Source of the DNA: a virus | Taxonomy: Duplodnaviria > Heunggongvirae > Uroviricota > Caudoviricetes | Reading direction: 5' to 3' (one strand) | Length of the DNA stretch: 5,554 nt | Virus record (IMG/VR): IMGVR_UViG_2706794685_000013 | Shown here: positions 1 to 5,449 of the stretch, piece by piece | Layout of the letters: the number at the start of each line of letters is the position of its first letter | Position numbering within the stretch: the first letter of the stretch is position 1 | Notes under the pieces: generated by a model | The model's database searches: none | What the model was told of the DNA's origin: nothing | Seen by the model: only the letters and a program-made list of their open reading frames with translations | Program-made: the position numbers and the translations under genes

Positions 1-406
1 GGGACGGAAGTCGCTGTCGTTCTCAAAATCGGTGGAGCTGCATGACAAAGTCATCGGGCATTATCTGAACATAAAACACTATCAATAAGTTGGAGTCATT
101 ACCCGATATCCTGCTGAGAACATAAACACCCACGGATCGAGGCGTACGCTATCATGTTGCTGTGCACCGCCCAGTTTATAATTGGCGATGGTATCGATAT
201 CCATGTACCACACTGACATGTTTTAAAAAATGCAATAAGACATTGTATCTGAAAGAAAAAACAGGATTTTGAGGCGCTTTTTTATACCGTTTTCCGTGTT
301 TTTAACTGCCTGATTTTATTGAAATCTTTTTTAGTTTTGCAGAAAGGATTTTTTGCTCGATCGCTTTAATTTTATACATTCCTGATAACGGAAATTTTTT
401 TGCCCG

Positions 407-436
407 TTGACAGTTTTTGTTCTCCGGGGCTATATT
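407..436 (+). promoter_or_regulatory. Putative sigma70 promoter: -35 TTGACA (407-412), 18-nt spacer, -10 TATATT (431-436), preceded by an A/T tract (392-401) resembling an UP element
   Basis: Exact TTGACA hexamer and a 5/6 match to TATAAT at allowed spacing, read directly from the sequence. Oriented toward the Rha-like gene at 679. Confidence 0.4.
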
Positions 437-497
437 CCTCACACAACCGCAAAATCGGTTGTCGGGATTGGCGTCTCGGATAACATCACAACGCATA

Positions 498-518
498 GCC
501 GCGTTTGCGGTTTTTTTT
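498..518 (+). terminator. Putative intrinsic terminator or attenuator in the leader: short GC stem (gccgc/gcggt, loop gttt) followed by a run of 8 T
   Basis: Hairpin plus T8 tract about 55-75 nt downstream of the predicted start site. The stem is short (4 GC pairs plus one GU), so strength is uncertain. Confidence 0.3.
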
Positions 519-678
519 GCGTTAAGCATTGCCACATTCGCATTATGGTGGGGCGTGCAGGGGCGGAGAAATCCGCGCCGGGTTTTGTGATGACCGGTTA
601 CGCCAACCCTGTACGTCTCACCACCTCCCTGATTGGCGTCAGAGGTGGTGATCATCCAATTAATTGGAGTCATCACAT

Positions 679-1239
679 ATGAATACAGCTATAACTTTTT
701 CTAACGAGTCACCAAAAGTCTTTTTCAAAGATGGTCGCCTGGTTACCACCTCTCAAGCTGTTGCCGACTACTTCGATAAACAACATAAACACGTTTTAGC
801 TAAGATTGACACACTCGACTGCTCTCCCGAATTTACATCAGCCAACTTTTCGGCCGATGTTCAGACTGTCGAAATTGGCAACGGCGCAGANNNNNNNNNN
901 NNNNNNNNNNNNNNNNNNNNNNNNNNNNNNNNNNNNNNNNNNNNNNNNNNNNNNNNNNNNNNNNNNNNNNNNNNNNNNNNNNNNNNNNNNNNNNNNNNNN
1001 NNNNNNNNNNNNNNNNNNNNNNNNNNNNNNNNNNNNNNNNNNNNNNNNNNNNNNNNNNNNNNNNNNNNNNNNNNNNNNNNNNNNNNNNNNNNNNNNNNNN
1101 NNNNNNNNNNNNNNNNNNNNNNNNNNNNNNNNNNNNNNNNNNNNNATGCACTCTGGAACGGTTTAAATTTTATCTGGAGCAACATGGGTGGATCGTTGCC
1201 CGTAAAGAACAATTGGTGGAAAGGTTGATGCGGTTTTAA
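679..1239 (+). CDS. Phage regulatory protein, Rha family (central part masked by N 891-1145)
   Basis: ATG at 679 with GGAG about 10 nt upstream. N-terminus MNTAITFSNESPKVFFKDGRLVTTSQAVADYFDKQHKHVLAKIDTL matches the Rha-domain pattern (xVTTSxxVAxxFxKxHxxVLxxIxxL). The masked run is 255 nt, an exact number of codons, and the same frame stays open to TAA at 1237-1239. Confidence 0.6.
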   Translation: MNTAITFSNESPKVFFKDGRLVTTSQAVADYFDKQHKHVLAKIDTLDCSPEFTSANFSADVQTVEIGNGAXXXXXXXXXXXXXXXXXXXXXXXXXXXXXXXXXXXXXXXXXXXXXXXXXXXXXXXXXXXXXXXXXXXXXXXXXXXXXXXXXXXXXXCTLERFKFYLEQHGWIVARKEQLVERLMRF

Positions 1240-1248
1240 TGAATGCAA

Positions 1249-1280
1249 AACCCCGGATGATCACCGAGGTTAATTTTATC
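1249..1280 (+). terminator. Putative intrinsic terminator after the Rha-like gene (stem aaccccgg/ccgaggtt with one mismatch, loop atgatca, then aattttat)
   Basis: Imperfect 8-bp inverted repeat followed by a T-rich tract immediately after the stop codon. Confidence 0.3.
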
Positions 1281-1365
1281 GAGCGTGATTGCCGCTAATC
1301 GCCATCGCTCTGATTGAGCGTAAATCATTCAGGTTATTCAGTTCTTCCTTCTGCTCTCGCTGACG

Positions 1366-1536
1366 TCAATAAATCCCATCATTGCGATCAACCTCATCCT
1401 TAACCATTGATGCGAGCAGTTCTTCCAGTTTCTGCGCTGACAGCTTTACCTGGTGATCTTCAGCATCTTCCCGGGCTATTGTGGTTCGCGCAGTGGCTGA
1501 TTTTGCTGACATCACCACAGGGGGCAGACGGACCAT
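1366..1536 (-). CDS. Hypothetical small protein (56 aa, MVRLPPVVMSAKSATARTTIAREDAEDHQVKLSAQKLEELLASMVKDEVDRNDGIY)
   Basis: ATG at 1536-1534 with GGAGG 10 nt upstream (plus-strand cctcc 1547-1551). I do not recognise the family. The longer ORF in the six-frame track (to 1647) uses a TTG start and would run through the tfa 3' hairpin, so I prefer the shorter form. Confidence 0.3.
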   Translation of the reverse strand: MVRLPPVVMSAKSATARTTIAREDAEDHQVKLSAQKLEELLASMVKDEVDRNDGIY

Positions 1537-1600
1537 TGAACCATGGCCTCCGGAACAAATAAGGGCAAAAATAACAACCACTATCGAAAGCTCACAAACT

Positions 1601-1760
1601 AACCGCAGCACGTTCCTGCATACGACGTGTCTGCGGCATAATCCCAATGATTACTCCCTGACAGGATTTGCAGGCCACTCAATATCAGGTGCAGTTGATG
1701 TATCAACACGATTCAACAATACCCGATATTTATTCCATGCCTCCAGCAACGATCTTTCTT
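1601..1760. repeat. Direct repeat copy A (about 140-160 bp): 3' end of a tfa gene plus its 3' hairpin; partner is 2651-2800
   Basis: Long identical stretches shared with 2651-2800 (for example ctgcggcataatcccaatgattactccctgacagg and ccactcaatatcaggtgcagttgatgtatcaacacg), with scattered substitutions and one 1-nt indel. Confidence 0.85.
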
Positions 1761-1884
1761 CCTCCGTTGCGATTTCCAGATCTACAGCATCCTGCAGTGG
1801 CGCAATATACTCACTAAATTCCTGGATGTAGAACTGTGTGGTGACGGTCTTCCAGCCATTCGGCTCCTGCTGTATCGAAGCATA
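1651..1884 (-). pseudogene. tfa: Tail fibre assembly protein (lambda Tfa-like), C-terminal 77-codon fragment lacking a 5' portion and start codon
   Basis: Minus-strand translation ...[54 protein letters not shown] closely matches the lambda Tfa C-terminus as I recall it (...[55 protein letters not shown]). Stop TAA at 1653-1651; the frame is closed upstream by TAG at 1887-1885. Confidence 0.65.
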
Positions 1885-1988
1885 CTAGGCTATTTCAATA
1901 TCGCTATGCTGCGGCAGCATTTAACCCCTTGTAATTCATCGCCATAATTGATTTAATTCACAAATAAAACTATAACATGGTGAAATCA

Positions 1989-2645
1989 ATGAAAACAAAC
2001 ACAGATGATGGGGCTAAAATTTACACACCACTTACCCTAAAGCTTTATGACTGGTGGGTTTTGGGAGTATCAAATCGGCTTGCATGGGGATGTCCTACAA
2101 AGGAACACCTTCTTCCACACTTTCTGGAACATTTAGGTAACAACCATCTGGATATTGGTGTTGGAACTGGGTTTTACCTTACTCACGTACCTGAGAGTAG
2201 TCTGATATCTTTAATGGATTTGAACGAAGCTAGCCTGAACGCGGCATCTACAAGGGCTGGGGAATCAAAAATTAAACATAAAATTAGCCATGATGTTTTT
2301 GAACCTTATCCCGCGGCGTTACATGGTCAATTTGATTCCATTTCCATGTTTTACCTTCTTCACTGCCTGCCTGGAAATATATCTACAAAAAGCTGTGTAA
2401 TACGCAATGCGGCGCAGGCCTTAACTGACGATGGAACTCTATACGGAGCCACAATTCTTGGCGATGGAGTTGTGCACAATAGCTTCGGTCAAAAACTGAT
2501 GCGCATTTACAATCAGAAAGGCATCTTTTCAAACACAAAAGATTCCGAAGAAGGCTTAACACATATACTCTCAGAGCATTTCGAGAATGTTAAAACCAGG
2601 GTTCAAGGTACTGTAGTAATGTTTTCCGCTTCAGGGAAAAAATAG
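1989..2645 (+). CDS. Class I SAM-dependent methyltransferase, small-molecule/protein/RNA type, not a DNA methyltransferase (alternative start ATG 1977)
   Basis: Rossmann-fold motifs in order: motif I LDIGVGTG, acidic post-I LMDLNEASL, motif II FDSISMFYLL, motif III LTDDGTLYGATI. No DPPY/NPPY or PCQ/ENV DNA-methyltransferase motifs. GGTGA lies 5 nt upstream of ATG 1989. Visibly AT-rich relative to flanking phage genes. Confidence 0.8.
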   Translation: MKTNTDDGAKIYTPLTLKLYDWWVLGVSNRLAWGCPTKEHLLPHFLEHLGNNHLDIGVGTGFYLTHVPESSLISLMDLNEASLNAASTRAGESKIKHKISHDVFEPYPAALHGQFDSISMFYLLHCLPGNISTKSCVIRNAAQALTDDGTLYGATILGDGVVHNSFGQKLMRIYNQKGIFSNTKDSEEGLTHILSEHFENVKTRVQGTVVMFSASGKK

Positions 2646-2652
2646 CATCCAA

Positions 2653-2685
2653 CCGCAGCACGTTCTTGCTTAAGACGTGCTGCGG
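2653..2685. other. Perfect 11-bp inverted repeat (ccgcagcacgt / acgtgctgcgg) with an 11-nt loop; likely the tfa 3' hairpin or terminator. Imperfect counterpart at 1603-1636
   Basis: Reverse-complement symmetry read directly. On the minus strand it follows the tfa-fragment stop, on the plus strand it follows the methyltransferase stop. Confidence 0.4.
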
Positions 2686-2699
2686 CATAATCCCAATGA

Positions 2700-2789
2700 T
2701 TACTCCCTGACAGGGTTCGTAGGCCACTCAATATCAGGTGCAGTTGATGTATCAACACGGTTCAGCAACACCCGATACTTTTTCTAGGC
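2700..2789 (-). pseudogene. tfa: tfa 3'-end fragment (last 29 codons), fused in frame to the pin fragment; has an internal TAG where copy A has TGG (Trp)
   Basis: Minus-strand translation [28 protein letters not shown], collinear with copy A ([29 protein letters not shown]). Confidence 0.6.
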
Positions 2790-3026
2790 TTCCACCACCA
2801 GCACGACAAGATGCCGCATACAGTGCCCCAGTCAGTCCAGTTTTCAGACAACCAGTGCGTCACCTTTTTGAAGGCGCTTTAAAGCACGTTTTAATCCAGG
2901 TCGGCCTGTCCTTGTTCCGCTTAATTTATCTTCAAATATTTGTTCATATCCTGCACAAACAAGAGCGTTTCGTTGCAGGTCTGTATTCTGGTCATTTGTT
3001 GATACCCTTACATAGCCAATCAGCAC
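2790..3026 (-). pseudogene. pin: Serine invertase of the Pin/Gin/Hin/Cin family, N-terminal 79 codons only, with GTG start and two in-frame TGA stops
   Basis: Translation VLIGYVRVSTNDQNTDLQRNALVCAGYEQIFEDKLSGTRTGRPGLKRALKRLQKGDALVV*KLD*LGHCMRHLVVLVVE matches Pin/Gin (MLIGYVRVSTNDQNTDLQRNALVCAGCEQIFEDKLSGTRTDRPGLKRALKRLQKGDTLVVWKLDRLGRSMKHLISLVGE), including the catalytic Ser in VRVSTNDQ. Stops replace Trp61 (TGG to TGA) and Arg65 (CGA to TGA). GGGAG lies 6 nt upstream of the GTG. No resolvase C-terminus or DNA-binding domain follows. Confidence 0.8.
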
Positions 3027-3080
3027 GCTGAATCTCCCGTCCAAAAGCACAAATCATGCCATGCAGGCCAGAAACCGCCA

Positions 3081-3106
3081 TTATCTAAAACCTCGGTTTA
3101 CGAGAA
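3081..3106. other. Invertase crossover site (gix/pix/cix-like 26-bp imperfect palindrome), TTATCTAAAACCTCGGTTTACGAGAA
   Basis: Reverse complement TTCTCGTAAACCGAGGTTTTAGATAA matches the gix consensus TTCCTGTAAACCGAGGTTTTGGATAA (as recalled) at about 24 of 26 positions. It sits between the invertase start and the start of the tail-fibre variable cassette, as in Mu, P1 and e14. Confidence 0.7.
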
Positions 3107-4067
3107 CTCGGCACAAGCGGGGAGAAAATACCGTTACTCAGTACAGCGAATACCTGGACTAATCGACAAACATTCAGCGGTGGCCTTTCTGGTGAACTAT
3201 CCGGCAATGCTTCTACAGCTGCAAAATTAAAAACTGCCAGGAAAATAAGCAATGTGGCTTTTGATGGTTCCTCCGATATCACATTAAAAGCAAGTCATGT
3301 TGGTGCGTTTGCCTTAGGGAAAACAGGAAGCACCGTTGCGAATGATAAAGCAGTTGGATGGAACTGGAGTAGCGGAGCCTATAACGCAACNNNNNNNNNN
3401 NNNNNNNNNNNNNNNNNNNNNNNNNNNNNNNNNNNNNNNNNNNNNNNNNNNNNNNNNNNNNNNNNNNNNNNNNNNNNNNNNNNNNNNNNNNNNNNNNNNN
3501 NNNNNNNNNNNNNNNNNNNNNNNNNNNNNNNNNNNNNNNNNNNNNNNNNNNNNNNNNNNNNNNNNNNNNNNNNNNNNNNNNNNNNNNNNNNNNNNNNNNN
3601 NNNNNNNNNNNNNNNNNNNNNNNNNNNNNNNNNNNNNNNNNNNNNNNNNNNNNNNNNNNNNNNNNNNNNNNNNNNNNNNNNNNNNNNNNNNNNNNGGTAA
3701 TTCGATTGTATTGGGTGATAATGACACGGGCTTTAAACAAAAAGGCGATGGTAATCTGGATGTTTATGCTAATAACGTCCATGTTATGCGCTTTGTCTCC
3801 GGAAGCATTCAAAGTAATAAAACCATAAATATTACGGGACGTGTTAATCCCTCGGATTACGGTAACTTTGATTCCCGCTATGTGAGAGATGTCAGACTTG
3901 GCACACGAGTTGTTTAGACCATGAAGAAAGGCGTGATGTATGAAAAATCAGGCCATGTAATCACGGGGCTTGGTATTATCGGTGAAGTCGATGGTGATGA
4001 TCCGGCAGTATTCAGACCAATACAAAAGTTAATTAACGGAACATGGTATAACGTATCGCAGGTATAA
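3089..4067 (+). pseudogene. stf: Side tail fibre variable C-terminal cassette (Sv), promoterless and not joined to a constant region in this orientation; masked 3391-3695; in-frame TAG at 3915-3917
   Basis: Open frame from inside the crossover site: NLGLRELGTSGEKIPLLSTANTWTNRQTFSGGLSGELSGNASTAAKLKTARKISNVAFDGSSDITLKASHVGAFALGKTGSTVANDKAVGWNWSSGAYNA... After the gap: [122 protein letters not shown], which matches the lambda-type Stf C-terminus. The two flanks are in different frames if the N-run length is literal. Confidence 0.8.
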
Positions 4068-4069
4068 TC

Positions 4070-4603
4070 ATGCAGCATTTAAAAAACATTGTCGCAGGTA
4101 ATCCAAAAACCGTTGAACAATACCAGCTAACAAAGAATTTTGATGTTATCTGGTTATGGTCCGAAGATGGAAAAAATTGGCATGAGGAATTAAAAAACTT
4201 TCAGGAGGATACAATAAAACTGGCTTACACAGTTGAGGGAATAATTATTGCTATAGACAAGGATGTATCAGCAATTAATCCAGAAGGTTTAAGTGTCGTT
4301 GAGTTGCCTGATATTACAGCAAATCGCCGGGCTGATATTTCGGGCAACTGGATGTTCAAAGATGGTGCGGTGATAAAGCGAACTTATACCGAGGAAGAGC
4401 AAAGGCAACAAGCGGAAAATGAAAAGCAGAGCCTGCTGCAGCTCGTCAGGGATAAAACCCAGCTGTGGGACTCTCAGCTACAGCTGGGCATCATTTCCGA
4501 TGAGAATAAACAAAAATTAACCGAGTGGATGCTCTATGCGCAGAAGGTTGAATCCACAGACACCTCCAGCCTGCCAGTAACGTTTCCCGAACAACCAGAA
4601 TGA
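4070..4603 (+). CDS. tfa: Tail fibre assembly protein Tfa (lambda Tfa / Mu U family)
   Basis: 177-aa [25 protein letters not shown]...[32 protein letters not shown] is 2 nt after the tail-fibre stop (TAAtcATG), the usual stf-tfa coupling. Confidence 0.9.
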   Translation: MQHLKNIVAGNPKTVEQYQLTKNFDVIWLWSEDGKNWHEELKNFQEDTIKLAYTVEGIIIAIDKDVSAINPEGLSVVELPDITANRRADISGNWMFKDGAVIKRTYTEEEQRQQAENEKQSLLQLVRDKTQLWDSQLQLGIISDENKQKLTEWMLYAQKVESTDTSSLPVTFPEQPE

Positions 4604-4606
4604 GAG

Positions 4607-4636
4607 AAGGCCCGCTATCGGGCCTTAATTTTTATT
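4607..4636. terminator. Bidirectional intrinsic terminator between the convergent tfa genes: stem aaggcccg / cgggcctt (8 bp, loop ctat) followed by aatttttatt
   Basis: Perfect 8-bp GC-rich hairpin with a T tract, placed between the stops of the two convergent tfa genes. Confidence 0.6.
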
Positions 4637-5159
4637 CAGGCTTTTGTGGCCATTCAGGATTTGCCGTATCCACACGGCTGACCAGAACACTGTAGCGTTC
4701 CCATGCTTCCAGTCGTGTGCGTTCCTCGTCTGTTGCCATATTCAGCCTGACAGCTCGTTCCAGCGGCTGGATGACTGATTCAGCTTCGGAAAGCAATGCG
4801 GCCTTTTGTGATTCGGCCTGTTGTTGCAGTTCCTGTTCTGTATATTCCCTCTTTACTACTTTACCATCCAGAAACATCCATTTTCCGTTATTGTCTGCGT
4901 GACGATTTGCCGTAATATCAGGAACTTCAACTATGCTTAGCCCTTCAGGATTAATAGTTGAAACGTCTTTACTGACAGCAACGATGATGTTGTTCTCATC
5001 GTAAGCAATTTTTATGGTGTCTGGCTGAAAATTCTTTTGTTCCTCATACCAGTTTTTGCCATCTTCGCAAAAGAGCCATACCACGCCCGCTTTTTTAGTT
5101 AGCTGGTATTGTTCCGGTGTTTTCGGATTCCCGGCCTTAATATTTTTCAGGTGCATCAT
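4632..5159 (-). CDS. tfa: Tail fibre assembly protein Tfa, alternative copy on the opposite strand (Mu U-prime type)
   Basis: 175-aa [33 protein letters not shown]...[35 protein letters not shown] at 5159-5157 is 1 nt after the upstream fibre stop, with GGGGAG upstream. The longer ORF in the track uses an upstream TTG and is not preferred. Confidence 0.9.
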   Translation of the reverse strand: MMHLKNIKAGNPKTPEQYQLTKKAGVVWLFCEDGKNWYEEQKNFQPDTIKIAYDENNIIVAVSKDVSTINPEGLSIVEVPDITANRHADNNGKWMFLDGKVVKREYTEQELQQQAESQKAALLSEAESVIQPLERAVRLNMATDEERTRLEAWERYSVLVSRVDTANPEWPQKPE

Positions 5160-5160
5160 C

Positions 5161-5449
5161 TTAAACACTCCCCACGTTGTACCATATTCCCCCAATCAAT
5201 TTCTGAATTGGCCTTCTGGCAACAGTGTCGACAATATCATCCGCATTGCTGTTAATTGCGGCTGTTAAAACATAACCTGACGCATCGCCAAAGCCGTAGT
5301 CGCGCCATACGTTTTTATATTCAATGCTGCCAAGACGAATATCCCGAACGACATGATTATGCAGCCATGTGCTTAACCAGTTGTTTTCCCACACTGAACC
5401 ATAAATATCGCCACTAGACGCAACTTGCGCACCACTTCCCAGCGCAAAT
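5161..5449 (-). pseudogene. stf: Alternative tail fibre variable cassette (Sv-prime), C-terminal fragment only, truncated at its 5' side by the IS insertion
   Basis: Translation ...[95 protein letters not shown] shares the C-terminal [12 protein letters not shown] signature with the other cassette. The upstream part of the ORF in the track (MSVKLRLPQ) is IS-derived sequence. Confidence 0.75.

Larger units (their letters stand above)
2651..2800. repeat. Direct repeat copy B: tfa 3' end plus 3' hairpin; partner is 1601-1760
   Basis: See copy A. Begins 5 nt after the methyltransferase stop codon. Confidence 0.85.

Noticed and set aside
1-230. Possible minus-strand ORF running off the left edge (MTLSCSSTDFENDSDFRP...)
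   Set aside because: No ribosome-binding site, too short to assess, and the gene body is outside the window.
302-682. Overlapping ORFs of 124 aa (minus) and 91 aa (plus) in the leader region
   Set aside because: Non-ATG starts, no ribosome-binding sites, and they overlap the promoter and hairpin elements; the region looks regulatory, not coding.
806-1248. Alternative-frame ORFs spanning the first N-run
   Set aside because: Artefacts of translating N as X. The frame continuous with the Rha N-terminus is the supported one.
1254-1279. Second crossover site suggested by a CCGAGGTT core
   Set aside because: Only about 13 of 26 positions match the gix consensus and the flanking half-sites are poor. 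It is better explained as part of the terminator hairpin after the Rha-like gene.
1366-1647. 93-aa version of the small ORF with TTG start
   Set aside because: The N-terminal extension would be translated through the tfa 3' hairpin directly after the tfa stop. The internal ATG with GGAGG is more plausible.
1481-1831. 116-aa plus-strand ORF
   Set aside because: Antisense to the tfa fragment and small ORF; Ser/Thr-rich low-complexity translation.
1977-2645. DNA methyltransferase (mom- or mcrA-like modification function)
   Set aside because: No DPPY/NPPY, PCQ or ENV motifs and the protein is too small to carry a target-recognition domain. The fold is a generic small Rossmann methyltransferase.
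1601-2800. Diversity-generating retroelement (template/variable repeat pair acting on a tail-fibre gene)
   Set aside because: The substitutions between the two repeat copies are not confined to adenine positions, no reverse transcriptase is present, and the repeats are tfa 3' ends rather than a fibre tip.
2738-3031. 97-aa plus-strand ORF from the six-frame track
   Set aside because: Lies antisense to the well-conserved pin fragment; low-complexity sequence with no recognisable motif.
3085-3282. 65-aa minus-strand ORF
   Set aside because: Antisense to the conserved tail-fibre cassette start; no start context.
3279-3812. Minus-strand ORFs spanning the second N-run
   Set aside because: Artefacts of the masked run; antisense to tail-fibre coding sequence.
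4717-5268. Plus-strand ORFs of 61 and 70 aa
   Set aside because: Both are antisense to the intact tfa and tail-fibre fragment on the minus strand.
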